64,000 nucleotides of DNA, from the NCBI GenBank assembly GCA_018238155.1, contig JABCTZ010000026.1:1-64000 (forward strand). Direction: 5' to 3'. Origin of the DNA: Candidatus Heimdallarchaeota archaeon. Its GTDB lineage: Archaea > Asgardarchaeota > Heimdallarchaeia > JABLTI01. Shown piece after piece: positions 8,435 to 18,383 of this stretch; positions within the stretch are counted from its first letter, which is position 1, and every line of letters starts with the position of its first letter. The position numbers were made by a program, and so were the translations under genes. A model generated the notes under the pieces. That model was not told where the DNA came from. It saw only the letters and a list, made by a program, of their open reading frames with translations, and searched no databases.

Positions 8435-10360
8435 ATGAAATCGATAGAGAAGTTATGCGAGAAATATGCTATCCAGAATGCACTCGACCATGGAGAAGCA
8501 AAACTTGGTCCAGTGATGAGGGTAATCATGGCAACCCATGCGGAGCTCCGCAAAGAAGCCGATAAAGTAACAGAAATTCTCGAACAACAAATTGATTTCA
8601 TAAATTCACTTACAAAAGAGAAAATCGAAAGAATCGCTCGAGAGAAGTTCCCTGAAATTCTGAAAAAGGAAGAGGAACAAACCTCAACAAAGGATGTTGA
8701 TTTCATTCGAACGATAATAAATGAGGATCTTAAAACAAATAAATTCAAGGGACGAGTCCATACTAGATTTCCACCAGAACCAAATGGCTATTTGCACATC
8801 GGACATGCTAAATCAATAAATTTGAATTATGGATTAGCTGAAGAATACAAAGGAAAATTCAATCTTCGATTTGATGATACAAATCCAATGACTGAAGAAA
8901 TGGAGTATGTGAAAGGAATAATCGAAGATGTAAAATGGCTTGGAGCAGATTTCGAGGATAGATTACTCTATGCTTCTGATTATTTTGAGCAGTTCTATGA
9001 CTGGGCTGTACAGCTTATCAAGAAAGGATTAGCTTTTGTTGATGACTCAAGAACAGAAATGATACGTAAAGATAGAGGTTCATTAACCGAACCAGGAAAA
9101 AATAGTTCTTACAGAAATCGCTCCATTGAAGAAAATTTGAGACTATTTGAGGATATGAGAAAAGGGGAATATCCAGAAGGGGGCAAAGTATTACGTGCGA
9201 AAATCGATATGACACATCCCAACTTATTGATGCGTGATCCAATTATTTACCGAATTCTCCACAAAGAACACCACAATACCGGAGAAAAGTGGTGTATTTA
9301 TCCCACGTATGACTGGGCTCACGGATTGGAAGATTCCATAGAAGGGATAACCCACTCAATTTGCACACTAGAGTTTGAAGTTCACAGACAATTATACGAT
9401 TGGTTCCTTGAACAGTTAGATGATGAAAAAGGAAACCCTATATTTCATCCACAACAAATTGAATTTGCTCGATTGAATGTTTCAAACACAGTTCTTAGCA
9501 AACGAAAAATGCTTCGATTAGTGAAAGAAGGATTTGTTAATGGCTGGGATGATCCAAGAATGTTAACAATTGTTGGATTGAAACGCAGAGGAATTACTTC
9601 TGAGGCTATCAGCAAATTCTGTAAAGTCATTGGTGTAACAAAAAGAGACACTATAATAGACATTTCAGTTTTGAATAAATGTGTTAGAGATGATTTGAAC
9701 AAACAATGTTCAAGGGTTATGAGCGTATTAAAGCCTCTTAAATTAACTATCACAAATTACCCAGAGGATAAAGTAGAGGATATTACTATTCCAAATCATC
9801 CCAAAATTAAAACTATGGGCACAAGAAAAGTGAAATTTGCAAAAACACTATTTATCGAACGAGATGATTTCATGGAAAAACCAACTAAAGATTTCTTGAG
9901 GTTGACACCAGGTAGAGAAGTTCGATTGAAATATGCCTTTGTTGTGAAATGTGATAAGATCATCAAAGATAAAAAATCTGGTGAAGTAATTGAGCTTCAG
10001 TGCAGTTTTGACCCAAAATCAAAAAGTGGGCAACCAGGTGACGATAAGGCTTACAGAACTATTCATTGGATTGCTAAGAAAAATGCTATTCAAGCAGAAG
10101 TAAGATTGTATAACCAGCTGTTCACGAAAGTAAATCCACTAGATACTGAAGAAGGGAAAGATTTCACAGATTACATAAATCCCAATTCTCTCGAGATAGC
10201 AAAAGCCTATGTAGAACCTCATTTACAAAAGGCAAAGAAAGGAACGAGATATCAGTTTGAACGTTTGGGATTCTTCAATGTTGACCCTATTGATTCTAAG
10301 AAGAATGCTTTAGTGTTCAACCAAATAATACCATTACGAGACTCAAAACCGAAAAAATAG
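8435..10360 (+). CDS. glnS: Glutaminyl-tRNA synthetase with an archaeal GluRS-type N-terminal extension
   Basis: FIRTIINEDL...VHTRFPPEPNGYLHIGHAKS, YPTYDWAHG, THSICTLEF (Cys as in GlnRS, where GluRS has Arg), QIEFARLN, VLSKRK, YQFERLGFF. Confidence 0.93.
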   Translation: MKSIEKLCEKYAIQNALDHGEAKLGPVMRVIMATHAELRKEADKVTEILEQQIDFINSLTKEKIERIAREKFPEILKKEEEQTSTKDVDFIRTIINEDLKTNKFKGRVHTRFPPEPNGYLHIGHAKSINLNYGLAEEYKGKFNLRFDDTNPMTEEMEYVKGIIEDVKWLGADFEDRLLYASDYFEQFYDWAVQLIKKGLAFVDDSRTEMIRKDRGSLTEPGKNSSYRNRSIEENLRLFEDMRKGEYPEGGKVLRAKIDMTHPNLLMRDPIIYRILHKEHHNTGEKWCIYPTYDWAHGLEDSIEGITHSICTLEFEVHRQLYDWFLEQLDDEKGNPIFHPQQIEFARLNVSNTVLSKRKMLRLVKEGFVNGWDDPRMLTIVGLKRRGITSEAISKFCKVIGVTKRDTIIDISVLNKCVRDDLNKQCSRVMSVLKPLKLTITNYPEDKVEDITIPNHPKIKTMGTRKVKFAKTLFIERDDFMEKPTKDFLRLTPGREVRLKYAFVVKCDKIIKDKKSGEVIELQCSFDPKSKSGQPGDDKAYRTIHWIAKKNAIQAEVRLYNQLFTKVNPLDTEEGKDFTDYINPNSLEIAKAYVEPHLQKAKKGTRYQFERLGFFNVDPIDSKKNALVFNQIIPLRDSKPKK

Positions 10361-10451
10361 TCTAGATACTATTTTATAGTTTCAAAAGAAATATTTAAAA
10401 CCGAGTTCGAAAAATAAAACTAGTATTGGAAAATTGATTCCAATCATCAAT

Positions 10452-10560
10452 AGACCCGTAGTCTAGTTCGGCCAAGGATTGGGGACTTTGAAAAAAGTCT
10501 CAATTCGTTGGGATTTTCAAGAATCCCTCGACGGGAGTTCAAATCTCCCCGGGTCTACCA
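10452..10560 (+). tRNA. tRNA-Gln(UUG) with a 31-nt anticodon-loop intron (~10493..10523); CCA encoded
   Basis: AGACCCG/CGGGTCT-ACCA acceptor stem (A1-U72), GGGGA-CTTTGAA-TCCCT anticodon arm after splicing, GGGAG-TTCAAAT-CTCCC T-arm. Intron forms a 10-bp stem with a TTCG loop. Confidence 0.93.
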
Positions 10561-10895
10561 CTTTTCTTATTTTAATTTCTTTTCCATTCTAATTTAACAA
10601 ATTAGATAAAGTAGTATTTTATTGTTAGCAAAATTGCACAAAGAATGATAGAGCTAAAGGTAACCAAAAAAATTAAATTAAAATTATGATTTTGCTCATC
10701 CATAAAGAATGAGTTTTACTACTAAAAAATATCATATTATCTAACTTCAAATTTTCAGTAATTGGAAATCTAAAGATAAGTGCAAAAGGGATGTTAGAAA
10801 AAATATCACAATGATTATAAGAGAGGATTCTGTATATCTCTTGGCTCTAATGATAAAAATTGTCATCAAAATTTACTTTTAGGTGCGTTTTACAC

Positions 10896-11912
10896 ATGGT
10901 TGCAGCTAAAGAAAAAAACAATTCTCAACTACAGGCAAACCAGAGAAGTGAATCAAATAAGGATTATTCAAAGTATACTGAGATAACGGATGAACAATTA
11001 CTAAAAATAAGAAAACGAAAAGAAGAATTAATGCAAGACATTGATATTGTTTTTTGGGAAGAACCAATTGCTAAAATTCATTGGATACCTGTTGATGGTG
11101 GTGAAATTCGAGTCCTTCATAATATACCGAAGAATCCCGTAGGTAATCGCCCAGTCATCTTTATTTCCGGTTGGCAAACTATGCCTTACCAATTCGTTGA
11201 TTTATACAAAATCCTTCATGAAAGAGTAGAAATTTACTTCATAGAAACTCGAGAGAAATACACAAGCAAAATACCAAGACGTAAAACCGATTTCTCCCTA
11301 TCACAAAATGCAAAAGATATTCAGAATACGATCAATTATTTCAATCTTCAAAGTAAGGATTTTGTTTTATTTGGTACTTGTTGGGGGGCTTCAACAATTC
11401 TCCAAGGACTCCTAGATGGTACACTTAAGGCACCTACAATGTGTACTTTTTCACCTATGCACAAGTTTTGGTTTAATAAGTTCATTCTTAAATATTTAAT
11501 CCCCTTTGTACCGAGTTTTGTTATAACCTTTCTGATGAGAACACTTGCGCATATTATTTTTATTGGTGAAAAAGCTGAAACACAAAAAAATCGCATGCAA
11601 CGTACAATGAAAGAAGGAGAAGCTTGGAAATGGAAGAAATCTGCTCGTGCTGCAATCCATTTTGAGTTATTCGGCAAACTTTCTACCATTGAAGAAGAGG
11701 TGCTAGTTATTAGTGGAACTCATGATAGAGTACACAAAGGATATGATTATCCACGATTTGCTGATGAACTTCCAAACGGAAGATTCTTTCACTTTGGTAT
11801 CGATGAATCAGAAAGAGAAAAAATGCTAGGTGTACTAATTTACGAGCTTGCCTTAACCACTTCAGAAAGCACACCAACTTTATTCGAGTTCTTCAAAAGG
11901 GAAATTGTTTAA
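10896..11912 (+). CDS. Alpha/beta hydrolase-fold protein
   Basis: PVIFISGW, nucleophile elbow GTCWG, VLVISGTHD. Confidence 0.7.
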   Translation: MVAAKEKNNSQLQANQRSESNKDYSKYTEITDEQLLKIRKRKEELMQDIDIVFWEEPIAKIHWIPVDGGEIRVLHNIPKNPVGNRPVIFISGWQTMPYQFVDLYKILHERVEIYFIETREKYTSKIPRRKTDFSLSQNAKDIQNTINYFNLQSKDFVLFGTCWGASTILQGLLDGTLKAPTMCTFSPMHKFWFNKFILKYLIPFVPSFVITFLMRTLAHIIFIGEKAETQKNRMQRTMKEGEAWKWKKSARAAIHFELFGKLSTIEEEVLVISGTHDRVHKGYDYPRFADELPNGRFFHFGIDESEREKMLGVLIYELALTTSESTPTLFEFFKREIV

Positions 11913-11988
11913 AATCTGATTTGTATTTAAGATTTTATTCTTTTTTTTAGTCAATTAATTTAAAACATGAGAAGAACATATTTTCTCT

Positions 11989-12309
11989 ATGACATATGTT
12001 GATTTAAACCATATTGAAGAAAAAGAAGTGGTTCCTGGATTTTTTGGTAAATTCATTCATTCTGATAATATTACTATAGCTTATTGGAGAATTGCTGCTG
12101 GAAGCATTCTACCAGAACACAAGCACCCTCATGAGTAAATTGTCAATCTGCTTGAAGGAACTGTTGAATTTACTTTGAATGGTAAAACACGTATTGTTCA
12201 ACCTGGCACAACAATTGTTATTTCATCGAATGTAATACATTCTGGCAAAGCCTTGACAGATACCAAAATAATCGATGTTTTTTATCCTGTTCGTGATGAT
12301 TATAAATAA
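11989..12309 (+). pseudogene. Cupin-domain gene with an in-frame TAA at 12136..12138
   Basis: Manual translation MTYVDL...LPEHKHPHE*IVNLLEG...SNVIHSG...IDVFYPVRDDYK. The family motif is HPHEQ, so CAA has become TAA. Confidence 0.85.
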
Positions 12310-12758
12310 AAAGAATCCTATGAAAACATTAGTTGATTTAATATGAGAAACACTTTTTGAAATGTATTGGCAAAAAAACTAATAAGAGAAAAATCAAGGT
12401 ATTTTGGTTAAAATCTTTCTCGTGGATTCTTAATAATTACAAATGAAAAGTAATTCACATTCAGTTAGATGCTTCTGTGTATCAACATTTGTTTATCTTA
12501 TCAAATCAAGCTTATATCTTTTATTTTCATCATTTTTATATTCAACTTCATATTTCTCAATTACATACAGAAAACCTTTTTTCCACTATATTCGCTTGTT
12601 GCTATATTACTACTCGTTTCAACAACAAAAAATCCAAGCATTGAAAGATTGGCTAAACTTTTCAATAGTTTCTTTATTTCTCTTTATTTCGAAAAAAAAC
12701 GATACTATTAATAAACAGCTAATATTCAGTTAAACTAATTTATCATTATTACAACTAT

Positions 12759-13757
12759 TTGGATTTAATGAATATGAAAATCCTGCTAACTGGAGCATTT
12801 GGCAATGTTGGTACTAGCACTTTAAAGTACCTTCTAGAAAGAGAATATGAAATAATTTGTTTTGACAAACTCACTTTTGAAACACGTCAAGCTGCAAGAC
12901 GTTTCAAGAAAAGTGATATCAGAATCACTTGGTCAGACATCAGAAATAAAAAAGCTGTTGATAAAGCAGTTCAAGGTTTAGACGTAGTGATGCATTTTGC
13001 TGCAATTATCCCACCTAAAGCAAATCGGAACAATGAATATACAATGCAAGTTAATTTTGGTGGAACAAAAAACATTGTTGATGCTATTAAAGTACAAAAT
13101 GATCCGCCCAAGTTGATCTATACATCTTCTGTAGCCATTTATGGCGATGTTCGGAATAAAGACTCACCGATTGTCAAAGAAGATTTAGAACCCAATCCAA
13201 GCCCAGGAGATCATTATGCAGTAACAAAATTGAATGCAGAGAAATACATTAAGGAATCAGGAATAGAGTATACTATTTTCAGATTAAGCTATATTCCAAA
13301 TTCACAGAAAATCAAACTTACACCCTTAATGTTTAGGATGCCTTTAGATACTCCAGTAGAGTTTACCCATACAGAAGATACCGGTTTGGCTTTAGCAAAT
13401 GCTATTGAAACCGAGAAAGTATGGGGAAAAATCTTTAATTTGAGTGGAGGAGCAAAGTGTCGTTTCTACTATAAAGATTATTTAGAAAGAATGCTTCCAT
13501 TAATGGGTATAGAAATGCTACCTGATGCAGCTTTTGGTGATGACCCATTTCACTGTTGTTATTACGATACAACAGAACTTAACAAACTTTTACAATTTCA
13601 GAATCATACATTTGAAGATCTACTCCAAGAAATGGTTGCTAATGCTAAAAATCAACGACGATTAGCGACAATGTTCAAACCTTTCGTAAAACCAGTGTTA
13701 TTGGCTTTGTCTCCTTATTACAAGAAGAATATGCAAAAGAAGAAAAAAGAAGAGTAA
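12759..13757 (+). CDS. NAD-dependent epimerase/dehydratase (extended SDR)
   Basis: TGAFGNVG, HFAA, TSSVAIYG, YAVTK. Confidence 0.85.
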   Translation: MDLMNMKILLTGAFGNVGTSTLKYLLEREYEIICFDKLTFETRQAARRFKKSDIRITWSDIRNKKAVDKAVQGLDVVMHFAAIIPPKANRNNEYTMQVNFGGTKNIVDAIKVQNDPPKLIYTSSVAIYGDVRNKDSPIVKEDLEPNPSPGDHYAVTKLNAEKYIKESGIEYTIFRLSYIPNSQKIKLTPLMFRMPLDTPVEFTHTEDTGLALANAIETEKVWGKIFNLSGGAKCRFYYKDYLERMLPLMGIEMLPDAAFGDDPFHCCYYDTTELNKLLQFQNHTFEDLLQEMVANAKNQRRLATMFKPFVKPVLLALSPYYKKNMQKKKKEE

Positions 13758-13779
13758 TTGTTTAACAGTTACTCCCATA

Positions 13780-14565
13780 TTAATCTGATAAAATAGCATT
13801 TACTAATTTTCCATGATAAATTGCCATTCTGTTAAGGATATGTAATGATCCAGTTAATATAAAGAACCCAATAAATGGTGTAATTACGTATAGAGCAATC
13901 CAGAAACCCATTGGTAAAACAGAATACCATATATCAGTGAAGAGTTGACCTTCTAACACATATTCAACAATCAATGCTGACCATGAAAACATCAATCCAA
14001 GAGAGGTAGAAATTAATGTTACTGCAACAGTAAAAGTGATGATTCCCAAAGGCATAGCTAAAAACAAAAAATAAAGCAATGATTTGTATATTGATTTGTT
14101 TTTCAAAGACGCCCAAGCTTTTTCTGTTGTTGTTCCTTCTTTAGAAAAAAGTATTTTTTGTATTGGGATATTTACACCAACTAATATTTTCGCAAGCCAT
14201 GATTGAACATTCATTAGATAAGGCATGCTTATGAGAAAGAAATACAAAAGTACGATTCCGATAATTATTGGAATTAGACCTACGAAAGTTGAGAAGCATG
14301 TTACTGAATAAACGAAATAAGTAATTCCTATGGGGAATAAGAGTATTAGGTAAAGTAAATTCAAATATGTTCTTCCATCTAAATACACACCGAAAAAACT
14401 AACATCTAATAATGAATGTCGTTCCTGAACGATTCTTGATTGGATCGGTGTTTCTTTTCTTTGTCCTTCATTTAGAAACTCAATACCACATGTACTGCAG
14501 AACTGCGTATTACTATCTTGTTTATTTCCACATTTTACACAAAAACTTTGATTCATTTTTTTCAC
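13780..14565 (-). CDS. Zinc-ribbon plus membrane 'putative sensor' domain protein
   Basis: CVKC...CSTC, then TYLNLLYLILLFPIGI and four TM segments. Confidence 0.65.
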   Translation of the reverse strand: MKKMNQSFCVKCGNKQDSNTQFCSTCGIEFLNEGQRKETPIQSRIVQERHSLLDVSFFGVYLDGRTYLNLLYLILLFPIGITYFVYSVTCFSTFVGLIPIIIGIVLLYFFLISMPYLMNVQSWLAKILVGVNIPIQKILFSKEGTTTEKAWASLKNKSIYKSLLYFLFLAMPLGIITFTVAVTLISTSLGLMFSWSALIVEYVLEGQLFTDIWYSVLPMGFWIALYVITPFIGFFILTGSLHILNRMAIYHGKLVNAILSD

Positions 14566-14722
14566 CGGATTCTAGTTACTACATCAGTAGTAGCTATAAA
14601 CGGATTAATCAATTATTTAAACCCACTCAAAAAGGGAAAATGAAATCATCTAATCAATTCCAATATACATTTAAGATAAATAGAAGAGTTACATAATAAT
14701 ATCTGTTCGAACTGGGATTGAA

Positions 14723-15694
14723 ATGAATGTATTAATAACAGGTGCCTTTGGAGTAATAGGTTCAAATTTACTGGAGACATTGGAAGATAAAGATTTTAAT
14801 GTACGGTGTTTTGATATCAAAACAAGAAAAACGAGAAAAAACGCTAGAAGATTTAGAAGAAAATTTGATATTGTATGGGGAGATATCCGTAACAAAGAGG
14901 ATGTTGCAAAAGCAGTTTCTGATCAAGATTTCATAATACATTTAGCTTATTTTTTACCTCCAATAAATAATAAAAACAGAATGGATGCAACTGAGGTGAA
15001 TATAACTGGAACAAAAAATATTATTGAATCAGCAAAAAATCAAACAACACCACCTAAACTTATTTTTGCATCTTCAGTTGCGATATATGGCGATACAAGG
15101 GGAAAACATCAACCAATCACAACAAATGAAAAACCAAATCCTGTTGATGATTATTCAAAACATAAAGTTGAATGTATGAATTTAATAAAACAATCAAATC
15201 TCACTTATTCAATCTATATTCTTGGAGTTATCCCACCAGTTAAGGAATTAATGTATGACGCAAAAATGTTTGATGTACCTATCAATACCAATATCGAATT
15301 ATTACATCCCTTTGATGTTGGTACAGCTTTTGTAAATGGTTTACTCAGTGAAAAAATATGGAATACAACATTACATATTGCAGGAGGATCAAGTTGTAGA
15401 TTGAATTATCGTAATTTTGTTAATTCAACTATGAAAGCAATGGGTATTGGGTCAATTCCTGATGAAGCTTTTGGTGGCAATATTTATCACTCCTCTTATC
15501 TGAGTTCTGAAGAAAGCAATGAAATACTAAATTATCAACATCACTCTTATGATGACATTATTTCAGATATGAGAAAATATAATAAACTCGTAATATCAAT
15601 TGCTAAATTACTCAGACCAATTATTAGAAGATTCATATTACATCAATCACCATATTATAAAATAAATCTTAGAAAGCAAGAGGGCAATGAATGA
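14723..15694 (+). CDS. NAD-dependent epimerase/dehydratase (extended SDR)
   Basis: TGAFGVIG, ASSVAIYG, YSKHK. Confidence 0.85.
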   Translation: MNVLITGAFGVIGSNLLETLEDKDFNVRCFDIKTRKTRKNARRFRRKFDIVWGDIRNKEDVAKAVSDQDFIIHLAYFLPPINNKNRMDATEVNITGTKNIIESAKNQTTPPKLIFASSVAIYGDTRGKHQPITTNEKPNPVDDYSKHKVECMNLIKQSNLTYSIYILGVIPPVKELMYDAKMFDVPINTNIELLHPFDVGTAFVNGLLSEKIWNTTLHIAGGSSCRLNYRNFVNSTMKAMGIGSIPDEAFGGNIYHSSYLSSEESNEILNYQHHSYDDIISDMRKYNKLVISIAKLLRPIIRRFILHQSPYYKINLRKQEGNE

Positions 15695-16677
15695 AAATAT
15701 TAATTACTGGAGCTTTTGGCAGTTTAGGATCACATATCCTTGACTTACTAGTTAAATCAAAACATACTATAACGTGCTTTTCAACAAACAGTCGCAAATC
15801 AAAACAAGTTGCTAAAAAATATCGAAATCACATTAACGTTTACATTGGAGACATCCGAAATTTTGATGACATAGTTAAGGCAATTCAAGATCAAGACTTG
15901 GTTTTACATTTAGCAGCCATCGTTCCTCCTAAATTTAATTCTATTTCATTAAATTACTCTCGAGAGGTTAACGTTTGTGGCTCCGATAATATTGTAGAAG
16001 CCATTAAACAGTCAGATCAGAATACAAAAATAATTTTTCCATCCTCAGTTGCAGTCTTTGGTGATGTTAGAAAAAGAGGTGCATGCATTCTATCTCCAGA
16101 TGAACCTGTAAATCCAAACTCGGATGATATTTATGCCCAACAAAAAGTTTTAGCTGAAGAAATAATTTATAATTCATCCTTGCAATGGTCTATCTTTCGT
16201 TTTGGTTTTATGCCCAATGTTGACAGTCTAAAAATGGATCCGATGATGTTTGATGTTCCTCTCAATACAAATATGGAACTCATTCATTTGAAGGATGCAG
16301 CAATAGCTATTGTAAATGCTCTCGAGAGAGAGGAGATTTGGAATAAAATTTGGCATATTGCCGGAGGAGAAAGTTGTAGACTAACCTATAAAGAATTTAT
16401 TAACACGATGTTAACAACAATGGGTATTGGGAAATTACCCGAGGAAGCTTTTGGTAACAATGATTTTCATTGTGCTTTCATGGATACAGATGAAAGTCAA
16501 GAGCTCTTACAATACCAACGCTATTCATTTGAGGATATTATTTCTGAAATGAAAAGCAAAACTGGGGTAATAAGATTTTTTGCTAAATTGTTCAGACCTA
16601 TCGTAAAGAGCTATATATTGAATCAATCACGTTACTACAAAGAGTGGAGAAGAAACTCTAAAAAGAGAGATAGTTAA
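15691..16677 (+). CDS. NAD-dependent epimerase/dehydratase (extended SDR)
   Basis: TGAFGSLG, HLAA, YAQQK. Start overlaps the stop of the previous gene. Confidence 0.85.
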   Translation: MKILITGAFGSLGSHILDLLVKSKHTITCFSTNSRKSKQVAKKYRNHINVYIGDIRNFDDIVKAIQDQDLVLHLAAIVPPKFNSISLNYSREVNVCGSDNIVEAIKQSDQNTKIIFPSSVAVFGDVRKRGACILSPDEPVNPNSDDIYAQQKVLAEEIIYNSSLQWSIFRFGFMPNVDSLKMDPMMFDVPLNTNMELIHLKDAAIAIVNALEREEIWNKIWHIAGGESCRLTYKEFINTMLTTMGIGKLPEEAFGNNDFHCAFMDTDESQELLQYQRYSFEDIISEMKSKTGVIRFFAKLFRPIVKSYILNQSRYYKEWRRNSKKRDS

Positions 16678-18168
16678 TCAATCATTTGCGATTTCTTTTC
16701 TTCTTTCAGCAAGAATTTTTTTGTATCTCCTTCTTTTTATAACGTAATACGTTGAGGGAAGAAGTATACCAATTAACACTATTGCGCCAAAAAATATACC
16801 AAAAATAGCTGGCATAGCTTTCTGATAGGCATCTTTATTATAATTCGTTAATTGTTGTTCAAAGGACCATTGACCGATACTATATCTAGCTCGATAATAG
16901 ATTTCATAATAACCGATACGAAAATCTAACCAAACACAATGAACAGTTCCAGAGCTATCACTAACTAAGCGTGGATCATATGCAGGAGTGATAGTAATTG
17001 ATACTTGTTCACCTGCAACCCAGATCCCATTTTCTCTACCTCTAATAGCTATTCCTGTGAATCCCGGCACAGTTTCAGTAATTTCATAAGCCATCCATAA
17101 TGTTGCAATATTATCAAATACTACCTCAGGATTTTCACCATCAATCATTAAATCTTCTTTTTCAAGGGATCTATATGGAGCTACACATTCAAGTTGAGAC
17201 CAATTTTTTTCTGAAGCATAAATTCGATAATGAATATTTCTTGTTCCTAACATTATTGGCGCAATTTCTGTATAATTACTCCAAAAAATGTTTATTTGTT
17301 CATTCCTTTCAACAAAGATTTCAGGATCAAGATTGCAAGTTGAATTAATTGCTACTATATAGCTCATCTGATGTGATTCGTTTTCATTATAGCTTTTGTA
17401 AAAAATATAATTCTTCGAATTAAGCCCTTGAGACCAAACAAAATGACAATTGCCTAAACTATCAATAAATAGATCACTGTTTTGGCAGTTCCCATATGTA
17501 CTATTAGACAATTGAACTATTTCTGACAATGTATCAGAAGTTTGATTATATTTCATAAAATAAACATTGAAAACTCCATCGAGATTACATAACCAAGAAA
17601 ACCAAATAGATTCATTAAAGAAACCCATCTTTGGATATCTATAGAAACTATCTGCTGAGTGCAATGAAAAGACTATTTTTGTATCAAAATCAACTGGATC
17701 TTTTTCTTGTAATTGAATTGTAGAACCAGTTTCATTAATATATGATAAAGCAAGATAGAAATGATCGTTATAAAAATCCATTACTGGATACGATTTTATT
17801 GTATTTCCTTCAACAGGTTGATAAAGATATGTTTTGGTTAGATTCCAATTTCCATTTTCATCAGTTTTTAGTAATACTATTTTCGAGAAACTTCCAATGC
17901 TTTCTTTATATGTTAAATAAAGATTTTCTGAGGAATCTATTGCTAGAGAAGGATTCGAAGGACCATAATTGGCACCTTGTGAATTAGTATTTAGTGATTG
18001 AAATGAAATATCATCACTATTTTTTATTGGATTTGCTTTGGTAATTGTAATTACTAAAAAGAGACTCTGAAAAGAAATATTGGATATGATAAATAAAGCA
18101 AGAATTATTTGTATTAATCTAGATTTCCTCAATAAATACCTGTCCTCTAATAAATAGATACTATTCAC
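16678..18168 (-). CDS. Membrane-anchored extracellular beta-propeller-like protein
   Basis: N-terminal hydrophobic signal, repeats P.L..DS.G..H.VW, C-terminal TM followed by a basic tail, many N-x-S/T sequons. Confidence 0.6.
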   Translation of the reverse strand: MNSIYLLEDRYLLRKSRLIQIILALFIISNISFQSLFLVITITKANPIKNSDDISFQSLNTNSQGANYGPSNPSLAIDSSENLYLTYKESIGSFSKIVLLKTDENGNWNLTKTYLYQPVEGNTIKSYPVMDFYNDHFYLALSYINETGSTIQLQEKDPVDFDTKIVFSLHSADSFYRYPKMGFFNESIWFSWLCNLDGVFNVYFMKYNQTSDTLSEIVQLSNSTYGNCQNSDLFIDSLGNCHFVWSQGLNSKNYIFYKSYNENESHQMSYIVAINSTCNLDPEIFVERNEQINIFWSNYTEIAPIMLGTRNIHYRIYASEKNWSQLECVAPYRSLEKEDLMIDGENPEVVFDNIATLWMAYEITETVPGFTGIAIRGRENGIWVAGEQVSITITPAYDPRLVSDSSGTVHCVWLDFRIGYYEIYYRARYSIGQWSFEQQLTNYNKDAYQKAMPAIFGIFFGAIVLIGILLPSTYYVIKRRRYKKILAERRKEIAND

Positions 18169-18383
18169 TATTAAAAAAGTATACTTATTTCAAAAAGGTG
18201 ATATGAAACACAGTAGTTGTATTCTCTGTGGTGAAAGTATTAACAAATGTCCTAATATTGTTATCCACTATAATTTCACTTCACACAAAAACACTATTGT
18301 TCCTAAGTATTGTTTGATAAAAGTTAGATGAGATATATTAGATAGAGAGCTTGCAAGCAAGTCTTTCTAAAATCATTCTTTTT

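Noticed and set aside
8435-10360. Calling this the ordinary archaeal GluRS, or bacterial contamination
   Set aside because: The core motifs are GlnRS-specific, and the archaeal-type N-terminus and adjacent intron-containing tRNA tie it to the archaeal host
12136-12138. Genome-wide reassignment of TAA to Gln
   Set aside because: Many intact genes in the window end with TAA at their expected C-termini
12443-12733. Two overlapping hydrophobic ORFs
   Set aside because: Low-complexity AT-rich sequence with no recognisable family
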